A stretch of DNA of 64,000 nucleotides from Squalus acanthias (lineage: Eukaryota). The translations under genes were made by a program, and so were the position numbers. Positions 50,107-63,011 of this stretch are shown one piece after another (the first letter of the stretch is position 1; each line of letters opens with the position of its first letter). The notes beneath the pieces are model-generated. The model was not told the DNA's origin. It was given only the letters and a program-made list of their open reading frames with translations, and made no database searches. The stretch is from contig CM059432.1 of NCBI GenBank assembly GCA_030390025.1, forward strand, positions 119,972,001-120,036,000. The letters are read 5' to 3'.

Positions 50107-51117
50107 GGCCAGAATTTTCCCATAAAAAAAAACGGGTGGGTTTGGAGCTTGGGGGCAGTTAAATTGTTAAAAATGTGAATCCCGACCTGATCCCACCTCC
50201 AACCCGTCCACTTCCAGTTTTGCCGGAGGCGGGACGGGGGCTGGGCGACCAAGCCTTTGCCAGGGGGTGTTACCTCAATTTAAATATTGTAATGAGGCTG
50301 GAAGCCTCTATTTTCCCCTCCATTTTGAATTTAACTGCTTGTGGATGAGTTTCACAGAATTCGTGAAACCCAGCAGTTAAACCGAGGCAGGGACTGCTGC
50401 ATCCAGGAGGTAAGTGCCTTTGTACCTACCTCCTGGATCCAGGGTCCCTGCCTAACCAACCCCGCAATCGGAGACCCCCCGACGAGGCCTCCGATCGCCT
50501 TTCCAGGCCTCCCCCCACCCACCCCCAGACCTCCCTCCCCCCAACGATGATGAGGAGGCCGGCCACAATCCTCTGGCCCCGATCCTTCGGTCCCCCGCAA
50601 TCCCTGGCCATCCTCCCCCACCCCCCCCCGCTATTCCCCCCCACAGCGATCCCCGCTTGCTTGCCGATCCCCGACCTCCCTGATCCCCGACCACCCCCCA
50701 AATTGCCTGCCGATCCTGAAACCCTCTCTCGATCCTCTCTCCCCCTCCCGAATGCTCTCCCCCATCTCGGTTGCCGACCCCCGTCGATCCTCTCTTCCCC
50801 CGCTTCCAATTGCCGAACCCCCCACCTCCCAGTTGCTGACCCCACTCCCGATTCCGACCCCCCTCCCACCGATCCCAACGCCCCTCCCGCGATCCCTCCC
50901 CTGGACCGACCCCTCGCATCTGAGGCCTACCCGCCCATAGCCAGCCAGCCTCTCAAGCTGGCTGGCTGCGGGCGGGAAACCGAGGCTTCGCTTTCAAATT
51001 TGGCCCTGCCGCTAAAATCGGCAGGGCCTGTGGGAAACCCGGCCTCTTAGGTTTCCCGCCTGCCTACGACCCCCCCCACCCTGCCCCCAACCCACCTCCC
51101 CGAACAAAATTCCAGCC
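50107..51117. mobile_element. Non-autonomous Harbinger with C-rich CCGATC-repeat core
   Basis: TIRs GGCCAGAATTTT / AAAATTCCAGCC; probable TSD GGG; no coding. Confidence 0.75.
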
Positions 51118-52739
51118 GGGGTTAAGGGCAGCTACTCAGACTGGCAAAAGGTGGGGAGTGGTGTCCAACAGGATCGGTGCTGGGATCACTGTTGTTCACC
51201 ATTTACATAAACAATTTGGACTCGGGTGTCGAAAGTACAATTTCAAAATTTGGGAACGAAACTAAATTGGGGTGTAATCTTAATTTCAAGAATCTGCAAG
51301 CAGGAATGAAGAATTTTTTTGATGAATACTCTATACCTATATATTGCAAATTGGAAGGGAGAGAGAACCATCGGGGCCACGATCGGGGCTGGGTGAGGCA
51401 GAAGGCTTCCCTGTGGGGCCTAGGGGAAGCACTCCTGCTTCTCCTGGTCCACAAGGAGTGCTAAAAGGAGCTGATCTTCAGTTGGCACCTCCCGCCTCAG
51501 ATCTGCTGTCGGGAATCCCACAGCAAGAGTCAACCCTTCACTAACTGTTAAATTTAAGTTACGGCGCGATGATGTTATCAGGCCACAACTTTTGAAAACT
51601 AATTCGGCCCCCGCCTGCCTTTTGTGGGAGCCTCGTCGCTGGCCCGATTTGTCTTTGTTAAATTTTAAATGGGCGGGAATGGGGTCGGGTTGGGGTCCGG
51701 CTGCTCGATCCTGATATTTTACCCACTCCTCCGACCCTCTCCCGCCCATCGGAGGGGATAGAATCAAGATCGACGTACCTGCAGAAATTTTTCCTAAAGG
51801 GTCTTAACATGTTTTAATTCCAAAGTATTGATCAATGCATTTCCTGATAATCTTCTGCTTAGCTGTACGTCTATGGATAGTTGCTTTAGGAAACCTTCCC
51901 TTCTCAAGAGCTGTGTTCAAATGTGTATGGTAGTTATCTGTCAATTCCCCCCTGGTCTCCTGAGATCAAAGGGCGGGGGGGGCAGGCAGATTTCTAGTCA
52001 CAGAGGGAGTTCCGGCTTGCCAGTTTTGTTGTATTACTGTACTACAACTCGTGTGGAGGTGGTCTGATAGAGCCCTGTGGGCCATCATGAATCTTTACGT
52101 GTAAGAGTTATAGCCTAGATAGTTTATATCATCAGTAGAGTTAGTGAATCATTGCATCGTGGATCATTGCATCTTGAAGTATTTTTGTGCCAAGGAGGAA
52201 GGAAATCCTGTAAAAATCGGTATAAACTGCAGTATTGTCTCTAGTTATTCTTGTCTATTAGTTTAATAAACTTGTTCCGTAGTTTATAACCTAAAACATG
52301 GTTTGATAGAGTGCTTATTCTTTGACTGGCCAAAGTCTAGGAGATTATAAAAAGGCCCATGTCACATGCAGTAAGCTAAATGCAGTAACAAGACTTTCTG
52401 TAGCAACAGCTACTCGACGTGTAAGCTCATATTTCAGTTTGTAAGGAATGACAGCTCACCAGCAGGAGGGGTTCATGACGCTAATCATGAAACATGTCTG
52501 GTGAAAGCCCGAAAATGTAACAATGGAAGAGGGAATACGTTAAGGTCTTTAGTTGGGCAAAGGTTTAAGAAATGCCTGTCATAATCCAGGTCACACAGAT
52601 GACACAAAACAAAGAATGCCAGTGTACTTACTGAAGAGGGCTGTCTGCAAGGCCTGAAGGTGAAAAATTGCCAATTAGTTGTTCACACACCAGCAACTCG
52701 AGGAGCAGACTCAGAACTTGAGTGACCCAGGACTTATAA

Positions 52740-52980
52740 CTCCATATTGGAAACTCTCTAGTCAGGTTCCTGTCCTTGCCACAGTACAGAAACAGCCCTA
52801 ACCAAAGTCATAAATGACATCCTCTATGAATGTGACATGGACTGTGGTGCATTATTCCTCCTCAACCTCTCTGCAGCCTTTGACACAGCTGACCACACGA
52901 CCTTCCTCCAATGCCTCTCCTCCATTCCCAGAACACAGCAGCACTGCCCTCCCTAGGGTCCACTCTTACTATTCAATCGT
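52740..52980 (+). mobile_element. L2 RT fragment
   Basis: [27 protein letters not shown]. Confidence 0.8.
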
Positions 52981-52981
52981 A

Positions 52982-55772
52982 GGCTGCGATTTTGCGCCTG
53001 GAGGCGGGTTGGTGGCGGGTCCGCTGGTCGGCGGGTTCCAGACCCGCTCCCGGTTCCCGCCGCCCTGCAGTTGAAATTTTGCGTTGATTGGCCTCGTTAA
53101 GGCCGACGTGCGGGTTCTCCAAGGCAATTGCTGGGTGCGGGTCAGTTGCTCACGTCTGATGATGCGATGTTACACTGATTATTTAAAGGGGCCATGTCCC
53201 CTCTGCAGATTCAGTTCCATTTTGTTCCCTGAAGTGCTGGCTGCTGCAGGTATGGCAGCGCAAAAACCTAAGGCTGCTCCCTGCTTCGATGAGGACTCCC
53301 TCCATGCACTTGTGGAGGGAATAAGAGGATGTAAGGAGGTCCTCTTCTCTGGAGATGGAAGGGGGAGGCCTCCTCAGCAAACCAAGGCAGCTTGGCTGCA
53401 AATTGCTGAGGAGGTCAGTTCAAGGTCGGTCTACATATGGACCTGGGTGCAGTGTCGCAAGAGGTTTAATGATCTGTTGTGATCAGCAAAAGTGAGTATA
53501 ACAACACACTTACCTTCCATCTGCCTCCCATCTCTTCTCATCCCCATCACTCTGCATTGGCAACCTTCCCCTGCACATCCCAACTCACTAACATCCCTTG
53601 CACCCTCACTTTCTCTGTACAGAATCACATCACCATCTTACTATGCACCACTCACACTCTTATCCAATACCAACAACTAACAATGCACAGGGAGAGAACT
53701 TGGTTTGTGCACCTCACTCCTTCATAGTCTCCCTCTAAACATCTATGTCATCCATTCTTTACACTCACTTCATCAATCTCTCTCAAACTCCATTTGTGTT
53801 CCTCATTACAGGAGAAGAGAGCCGACAATAAAAGGGAGAGGGGGAGGACAGCAGGAGGCCCACCATCCCTGGCACACCTAATGAGTGCTGAGGAGGCAGT
53901 CCTGGAGATCGTCGGAGGTACAGAGGAGCTGGAAGTGGGGGACGGAGAGACGAGCATAGAAGAGCAAGCTGGTGACAGAATTGATTTCCAACCCTCTGAT
54001 TTAGCATTCATGAGTGATTAATATGGGAGTTGATGTTCATAGAGATTGAGTGCTAAGCATCTGCACAATTCGAATGTGTCTGCAACACACATTTCACTTG
54101 TCTAACTCATGCCTTTACTCCCCCACAGGACCATCGAGAGCCCTGCTCCCCACTGTCCAGGAGGAGGAGCAGGAGCACTCCTCAGAGGAACCAACAGCCT
54201 CTGAGGGAGCAGTGTCACCAGCATTCAGCGCACCCAGCACTAGCGCAGATACGCACACCTCGGTGGGTTTTTTGCGATATAGAGTAGTGTTGTCACCTGA
54301 TGCATCACAGCTCACAAGTGAGCAGGAGCAGATGGTGGAGACAGGGACAGCAGTGGAGAGTCCTCGTCGGAGGATGCAAGGCTCTCCCAGCTCTGCTCAG
54401 CTGCATGTAGATGCTGAGCCTCTGGGGCCATCCAGAAAGAGAGCGGTGCTGGAGCTTCAGGAACAAGTGCAGGAGGCTCTGAGTGGGTTTGCTTCCACGG
54501 TAACTGCGAGTGTGCAGAGAATGGAGCAATGCTGTGGTGAACGCTATGGGCAATCTAGGTGCTGCCATGGAAAGGATGGCAACCTCCATGGAGGACCTAA
54601 TTCGCCAGACAGAAGCCAACATGGTGGCTCTTCTAGATAGATGGGCAGCTATGGAGGATAGAAGGTCACCTATCATGGAGAGGAACCAGAGGAAAATGGA
54701 CGTCCCGGATACAAGGACTGTCAGTACAGAGACGGGTCCACATGGCCCCACCGATGTGCAGCAAGGTGCTCTCCAGCTATTTGCTAGCAGTGAAGTGCGG
54801 GTGAACCATGAGAGGGACGGTGGTGTTCAAGCACAAGGAAGTGGGGGCGCCTCTCCAAGCACTCACACTCCCTTGCCACTGCAGAGCCCTCGGTCAGAGC
54901 CCCATCTGCCTGAGCCAACAGAGATGGCCGAGTCTGCCCCTGAACAGCTGCAGGAGGAGCAGACTTTGGCGGGGCCCTCCAAGGCTCCCAAACCCAGAGG
55001 ACAGCTGCCAAAGGCATCTAAGCAGGAGCAGCAGGGAAGTGAGCAGGCTGTCTCCAGATATGCTGAAGCCACAGGGGTCTCACAACGTAGAAGCACGCGT
55101 AAGAGGAAGATGTCACGTTAATAATCACAAGGGTTCTCACTTGGGTGTTATGATAGATTTATTTGTAAAGTTTCTGTTCTTTGCCAATATTGTCATAAAT
55201 TGATGTAGAATGAAGGTTTGGCATCGTTGCCAGCTGTGTGCTGACAATTTGAGGTGACACACTTTAGGGTAAGTGCGCCTTTAAAATCCAGCAATGCAGG
55301 TTACAGTGGATCTACAGTGCACAACACATACCTGCAGCCTAAACACGGAATATGACCCCAAAGTATTCAATCACCAACGTCACAGATTTCTAAAAGACAA
55401 GATTTGAGAGTGCAGCTTTTACACTGCAGTTGCAGCTGTGAAGTCTCCAGCTCGCTGGTGTTCACACCACACTTACCTGGCGTGTTGTTGGAACGTTGTG
55501 AAACCCGACCCAGAAGCTGGAAAATCCAAAAACCCTGTGAAAATAGCTCTAAAGTACCACCTAATAGGCAGTTAAGTGCCTTTAATCCCTTTCCCGCCGC
55601 TTGGTGTCGGGTCCGTTTGCAAATTGGAGACCCGACACTCGGGAAAGATGTGTGGAGGCGGGATCACGGAGGGTTCGGACCCGCCGTCAATCATCGCGAG
55701 TTCGAACCTGCCATCAATCATTGCGAGTTTAACCTCTGACCCGCCTTCAATCCCGCCGGCAAAATTCCGGCC
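52982..55772. mobile_element. Harbinger H9 keeping only the Myb/SANT gene (nuclease deleted)
   Basis: TIRs GGCTGCGATTTTGC / GCAAAATTCCGGCC; TSD GTA. Confidence 0.87.
53252..55121 (+). pseudogene. Myb/SANT-like gene, exons 53252-53491, 53812-53971, 54129-55121; TGA at 53480 and a frameshift near 54515
   Basis: AAPCFDEDSLHALV..AWLQIAEEV..WVQCRKRFNDL; GT-AG sites; C-terminal RRSTRKRK. Confidence 0.87.
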
Positions 55773-56539
55773 GTAGACTTATTTGCAAACTGACATGGTT
55801 AAGCCGACAGGTAAGTGGGTCTAAAAAGGCTCCCTCGGAGTCAAAGCCAGGATTTTTCTGGTCAGGAGTCAAGCACAAAGGTACTGGTATTATTTGCTAA
55901 ACTGCTTGTTCTCTAATAACTATTCACGATGGGGGAAGATATCCTCTGTGTGCTAGGTGTTACAAAATCTTAAACCTGACTTTATAAATAGTTTTACAAT
56001 TTTGTGACACTAGCGCAGAAAGGAAATCTTCTCACTTTACTACTTCATCCAATCAATCATTTTTGTACAACTTTTCTCCACTGTGTTGCATTGCTCTGTA
56101 CAGTTTATGATTTTGATTGACACTTCATTAATTTTCCTTCGCATCCCCACACACTGTTTCAAGTAAGTCTCTCGATACAGTGTCTCCTTTTTACACTCAG
56201 TTCATCTTTAGGGTAGAAACAGAATTTCAAAAAGCAATTATCTGCAAAAGAAGGAATTAAAAGGAGAAGTGATTGATTGATTACTACATCACGTACTTAT
56301 CATAGCTTTTGCACTATCCAAGAGGCTCATTATGACTTACGGACAGTAGATTTCCCTTCCTTATGTTTGTTCGCTGCATAAGTGGCAGCCAAGAAGGAAG
56401 GCACAGAATTCGATCCCAGGTGCTAAAAGTTCAGTCTACTTCAGTTTTCTTTTTCTTAATAGTGATTTTCCTGTATGTTTCTGCTGATTTTCATTTTGCT
56501 TGCTTTAACCCTTTAACTGGTTATTCATCTCATTTACTG

Positions 56540-56690
56540 TTAGTGGGACCTTGCTATGCAGAAATTGCCTGGCTTGTTTTCCCACAAAACAACAGTGACT
56601 ACGCTTCACAAGTACTTCACTGCCTGTGAAGCACTTTGGGACATCCTGAGGATGTGACAGCCGCTATACAAATACAAGTTATTTCTTTAA
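56540..56690 (+). mobile_element. DeuSINE-like 3' half
   Basis: aacagtgactacgcttca...gaagcactttgggacatcctgagg...gctatacaaatacaag. Confidence 0.7.
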
Positions 56691-57069
56691 ATCAGGAGTT
56701 TAATTACCCTTTTAAAAGTATAAATTGTGTCGAGTCAGGTCAGGAAGGGTTGACTTTCTAAATGACCAAATTATAATTTGGTTGCATTTGTTGTTCTTGA
56801 TCAGAATCAGATGCCCACGGGGTTGCAGCCTGTAGCTCCTTCTGCTTTTAATCATTGCTACTTTCTCACAGATTTAATTCCAACCCTAAGCTTGCAGTTC
56901 CTGGGTACAATTAATGGCTGAAGTTATTGACCTACTGGATGTGATTCTGTTAGATCCGTCATGAGCAACACTTCATTTTCTTTTTCTAGTTAGCAGCTCT
57001 TGTTGCATTTTTTTCCATATACAGGAAACAGTCAAAACTTTGGAGGTGTTACTTCCATTGTCAGAGAAG

Positions 57070-59460
57070 TAAGAACATAAGAAATAGGAGCAGGAGTAGG
57101 CCATTTGGCCCTTCAAGCCTGCTCCGCTATTCAATAAGATCATGGCTGATCTTCTACCTCATTTCCACTTTCCTGCACTATCGCCATATCCCTTGATTCC
57201 CTTAATATCCAAAAATCTATCAATCTCTATCTTGAATATACTCAATGACTGAGCCTCCACAGCTCTCTGGGATAGAGAATTCCAAAGATTCACTGCCGTC
57301 TGAGTGAAGAAATTTCTCCTCATATCAGTCCTAAATGGCCGACCCCTTATTCTGAGACTGTGACCCCTGGTTCTAGACACCCCAGCCAGGGGAAACATCC
57401 TCCCTGCATCTACCCTGTCAAGCCCTGTAAGAATTTTATATGTTTCAATGAGATCACCTCTCATTCTTCTAAACTCTAGAGAATATAGTCTACTCAATCT
57501 CTCCTCATAGGACAATCCCCCCATCCCAGGAATCAGTCTGGTAAACTTTTGTTGCACTCCCTCTATGGGAAGTATATCCTTCCTTAGGTAAGGAGATCAA
57601 AACTGTACATAATACTCCAGGTGTGGTCTCACCAGGGCCCGATATAATTGCAGTAAGACGTCTTTACTTTTATACTCAAATCCTCTTGTAATATAGGCCA
57701 ACATAGCATTTGCTTTCCTAATTGATTGCTGTACCTGCATGTTAACTTTCAGTGATTCGTGTACAAGGACACCCAGGTCCCTCTGAACACCAACATTTCC
57801 CAATCTGTCACCATTTAAAAAATACTCTGCTTTTCTGTTTTTCCTACCAAAGTGGATAACTTCACATTTTTCCACATTATATTCCATTTGCCATGTTCTG
57901 GCCCACTCACTAAACCTGTCTATATCCCCTTGAAGCCTCCTTGCATCCTCCTCACAACTTACATTCCCACCCAGCTTTGTATCATCAGCAAACTTGGATA
58001 TGTTACATTTGGTCCCCTCATCCAAATCATTGATGTAGATTGTGAATAGCTGAGGCCCAAGCACTGATCCTTGCGGTACCCTACTAGTTACAGCGTGTCA
58101 ACCCGAAAATGACCTGTTTATTCCGACTCTCTGTTTTCTGTCCGTTAACCAATCCTCAGTCCCTGCTAGTATATTACCCCCAATCCCATGAGCCCTAATT
58201 TTGTTTAATAACCTCTTGTGTGGCACCTTATCGAATGCCTTCTGAAAATCCAAATACACCACATCCACTGGTTCCCCCTTATCTATTCTGCTAGTTACAA
58301 CCTCAAATTTGTCAAACACGATTTCCCTTTCATAAATCCGTGTTGACTTTGCCCAATCCTATTATTATTTTCTAAGTGCCCTGTTACTACGTCCTTAATA
58401 ATAGATTCTAGCATTTTCCCTACTACTGATGTCAGGCTAACTGGTCTGTAGTTCCCCATTTTCTCTTTCCCTCCTTTCTTAAATAGTGGGGTTACATTTG
58501 CGACCTTCCAATCTGTGGGAACCATTCTAGAATCTATGGAATTTTGGAAAATGACAACCGATGCATCCATTACCTCTGTAGCCAACCCTTTCAAAACCCT
58601 AGGATGTAGGCCATCAGGTCCAGGGGATTTATTGGCGTCAGTCTCATTAATTTCTCCAGTACTACTTTTTTACTAATACTAATTTTTTTAATTTCCTCAT
58701 TGTCATCAGACCCTTGGTTCTCCACTATTTCCAGGAAGTTTTTTGCGTCTTCTTCTGTGAAAACAGACACAAGTATTTGTTTAATTTCCCTGCCATTTCC
58801 TTATTCCCCATTATAATTTCTCCTGTCTCAGCCTGTAAGGGACCCACATTTACTTTCACTAATCTTTTCCTTTTTACATACCTATAGAAGCTTTTACAGT
58901 CTGATTTTATGTCTCTCACTAGTTTACTCTCATATTCTATTTTCCCTTTCTTTATCGATTTCTTGGTCCTCCTTTGCTGAATTGTAAAATCCTCCCAATC
59001 CTCAGGCTTACTACTCTTTTTGGCAGCATTATAAGCCTCTTCCTTTGATCTAATACTATCTTTAACTTCTCTTGTTAGCCATGGTTGGACCACTTTTCCT
59101 GTGGGGATTTTGTGTCTTAAAGGAATCTATATTTGTTGTAAATTATGCATTAATTCTTTAAATGCTAGCCATTGCTCATCCACTGTCATACCTTTTAATG
59201 TAGTTTCCCAATCTACCTTAGCCAACTCACCCCTCATACCTACAAGGTTTGGTTTGTTTAGATTTAAGACCCTAGTTTTGGATTTAACTAAGTCACTTTC
59301 AAACTCAATATAATATTCTATCATATTATGGTCACTCTTCCCTAAGTGCCCCTTTACTACAAGGTGATTAATTAACCCTTTCTCGTTGCACAATACTAGA
59401 TCTAAAATAGCCTGTTCCCTAGTTAATTCCTCAACATACTGATCTAGAAAACTATCTAAT
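57070..59460 (-). mobile_element. CR1 LINE, 5'-truncated, decayed ORF2
   Basis: ORF pieces with SDHN, NYRPVSL, QHGF, FADD, RPHLEY; TTCTTATG tail. Confidence 0.93.
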
Positions 59461-60141
59461 GGCAATATATGTCCAAGTTGGGATGATGTGTGACTTGGAA
59501 AGGAACTTAGAGGTGGTGGAGTTCCCATGTGCCTGCTGCCCTTATCCTTCTAGGAGGATACTTCATCACAAAGAGGGAGAAAACTAGAATGTGAATCAAT
59601 TTGACCTCTCCTGCTTATTTAAAAAAAAATGTTTTTATGGGATGTGGGCGCCGGTGGCAAGACCAGCATTTATTGCCCATCCCTAATTGCCCTTGAGAAG
59701 GTGGTGGTGAGCCATCTTCTTGAACCGCTGCAGTCCGTGTGGTGAAGGTACTCCCACAGTGCTGTTAGGGAGGGTGTTCCAAGATTTTGACCCAGCGACG
59801 ATGAAGGATCAGCAATATACTTCTAAGTCAGGATGGTGTGTGACTTGGAGGGGAACTTGGAGGTGGTGGTGTTCCCATGCACCTGCTGCCCTTGTCCTTC
59901 AAGGTGGAAGAGGTCGCAATTTGGGAGGTGCTGCCGAAGAAGCCTTGGCGAGTTGCTGCAGTACATCTTGTAAATGGTACACACTGCAGCCACGGTACAC
60001 CGGTGGTGGAGAAAGTGAATGTTTAAAGTGGGGTGCCAATCAAGCGGGCTGCTTTGTCCTGGATGGTGTCGAGCTTCTTGAGTGTTGTTGGAGCTGCACT
60101 CATCCAGGCAAATGGATGGTATTCCATCACACTCCTTACTT

Positions 60142-63011
60142 AGATACATAGAAGATAGGAGCAGGAGTAGGCCATCCGGCCCTTCGAGCCTGCTCCGCCA
60201 TTTAATGAGATCATGGCTGATCCTTCAATTCAGTATCCCGTCCCCGCCTTCTCTCCGTAACCCTTAACCCCTTTTGCCTGTAGAAATATATCTAATTCCC
60301 TCTTAAATATATTTAATGAGCTGGCGTACACTGCCCTCTGTGGCAATGAGTTCCACAGGTTCACCACTCTCTGAGTGAAGAAATTCCCCCTCATTTCTGT
60401 CCTAAATGGTTTAGCCCTTATCCTTAAATTATGTCCTCTAGTTCTGTTCTCACCCGCCAAGGGAAACATTCCTTCTGCATCTAATCTGTCTAGACCTGTC
60501 AGAATTTTATACACTTCTATGAGGTCCCCTCTCAATCTTCTAAACTCCAGTGTGTACATCCCTAAACTACATAGTCTCTCCTCATAGGTCAATCCCGCCA
60601 TTCCTGGTATCAGCCTGGTGAATCGCCGCTGCACCCCCTCCATGGCAAGAACATCTTTCCTCAGATGAGGCGACCAAAACTGTACACAGTACTCGAGGTG
60701 TGGTCTCACCAGTGCCCTGTACAGCTGCAGCAAGGTATCCCTGTTCCTGTATTCCAACCCTTTTGCTATGAAGGCCAGCATACCGTTTGCCTTCTTGACC
60801 GCCTGTTGCACCTGCATGCTCGCCTTCAGTGACTGGTGTACAAGAACACCCAGGTCTCTCTGTACTTCCCCCTCTCCCAATTTATTGCCATTTAAATAAT
60901 AATTTGCCCTCCCGTTCCTGCACCCAAGGTGGATAACTTCGCACTTGTCCACATTATAGTGCATCTGCCATTTATCCGCCCAATCACCCAGTCTGTCCAA
61001 ATCGCTCTGGAGCTTCCTGGTCTCCTCCTCTGAGCCCACCCCCCCTCCTAGTTTAGTGTCGTCTGCAAATTTGGAAATGCTGCATTCGACTCCCTGATCC
61101 AGGTCATTAATATAAATTGTGAACAGCTGGGGACCCAGGACAGATCCCTGTGGTACCCCACTTGTTACTGCCTGCCATTCAGAAAATGAGCCGTTTATTC
61201 CAACTCTCTGTTTTCTATCTGACAGCCAGTTCTCTATCCACGTCAATACTTTCCCCTTTATCCCATGAGCTTCAATTTTCCATGCTAATCTTTTATGTGG
61301 GACCTTATCGAAGGCCTTTTGGAAGTCCAGGTACACCACATCTACTGGCTCTCCCCCATCTATTTTACCAGTTACTCCCTCAAAAAATTCCAATAGATTA
61401 GTCAAGCACGATTTACCCTTTGTAAATCCATGTTGACTCTGTCCTATCCTGTCCCCATTTGCTAAGTGCTCGGCTATTTCATCCTTAATGATGGACTCCA
61501 GCATTTTGCCCACAACTGATGTAAGGCTTACAGGTCTGTAATTACCTGCTTTTTCCCTACCCCCCTTTTTGAATAGTGGGGTAACGTTAGCTACCCTCCA
61601 ATCCATGGGCACTGTTCCCGAGTCTAATGAATTCTGAAAAATCATGCTTAGTGCATCCGCTATCTCTAGGGCCACCTCCTTCAGTACCCTAGGATGCATG
61701 TTATCAGGCCCTGGGGATTTGTCCGCCTTCAATCCCTTTAGCTTCCTTAACACCATATCCTTAGAGATATTGATTTGCGTCAGTTCCTCCTTTGCCAATG
61801 TCCCTATTTTTCCCGATATCCCAGGGAGGTTTTTTGTGTCTTCCTTCGTAAAGACTGACCCAAAGTATGCATTTAGTTGGTCTGCCATTTCCTTATTTCC
61901 CATTATATATTCCCCCGTATCTGACTGCAATGGACCAACTTTGGTTTTCACCAGTCTTTTCCTCTTGACATACTTATAAAAGCTTTTGGAGTTAGTTTTT
62001 ATATTTTCCGCCAGCTTGCTTTCGTAAGCTATTTTGCCCTTCTTGATTAAGCCCTTTGCCCTCCTTTGCTCTATCTTAAACTGTTCCCAATCTTCCGCTC
62101 TGGCGCGTTTTTTGGCTATTTTATACGCCCTATCTTTGGATTTTATGCTGTCTCTAATTTCCCCTGTTATCCACGGTTGAGTCACCTTTTTAGATTTCCT
62201 TTTATGCCAGATTGGTATAAACAATTTTTGCAATTTTGTCATTCTATCTTTAAATGCTTGCCATTGTTTATCTACCTCCAGTCCTCCCAGGAACGTTGTC
62301 CAATCAGACCTACTCAGTTCCCGTCTAATGGCATCATAATTCCCCTTGTTTAAATTCAGGACCTGAGTCTCTGAGTCAATTTCTTCGCTCTCCATTTCGA
62401 GTGAGAAATCGATCATGTTATGATCGCTCTGACCCAAGGGTCCCCGTACAACAAGATTACTAATTAGTCCCTTCTCATTGCACAGTACCCAGTCCAATAT
62501 AGCCTGTTCCCGAGTTGGTTCCTCGACATATTGATCCAGATAACCATCCCTTAAACACTCAAGGAATTCCTCCTCCTCATTATTTTTACTGATTAGGCTA
62601 GTCCAATCTATATGTAAGTTAAAGTCACCTATGATGACAGCTGTGCTCTTATTGCACGCTTCTCTAATTTCCCTCGTGATGCCCTCCCCAACCTCTATTT
62701 TACTATTTGGAGGCCTATATACCACTCCTATTAATGTTTTTCGCCCCTCGCTATTTCTTAGCTCCACCCATATAGATTCTGTATTAACTGAGTTAATATC
62801 CTTCCTTTCAATTGCATTTATCCCCTCTTTTACCAGCAATGCTACCCCTCCTCCCTTTCTTTTTTGTCGGTCCTTCCTAAATACTGAATACCCCTGTATG
62901 TTAAGCTCCCAGCCCTGCTCACCCTGCAACCATGTTTCCGTAATCCCAATTAGATCATAATTATTAACCTCTATTTCCACAGCTAATTCATCTACCTTGT
63001 TCCTGATGCTT
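60142..63011 (-). mobile_element. Young CR1 LINE, almost complete ORF2, no ORF1
   Basis: Begins at SIRNKVDEL; 3' UTR and tail at 60142-60229. Confidence 0.94.
60230..63011 (-). CDS. CR1 ORF2 (APE endonuclease + reverse transcriptase), open but missing its first residues
   Basis: [43 protein letters not shown]; no stops over ~925 codons. Confidence 0.85.

Larger units (their letters stand above)
47485..51275 (+). mobile_element. CR1 RT fragment (47485-47613, 50096-50106, 51118-51275) interrupted by two Harbingers
   Basis: YLDF..RLMTKVRACGV..WLQN.KQ / [20 protein letters not shown]. Confidence 0.8.

Noticed and set aside
50341..51050. Pro/Gly-rich ORFs
   Set aside because: Low-complexity C-rich core of a non-autonomous element
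51780..52740. Possible solo LTR or unknown repeat
   Set aside because: AATAAA present but no definable TG..CA ends or TSD
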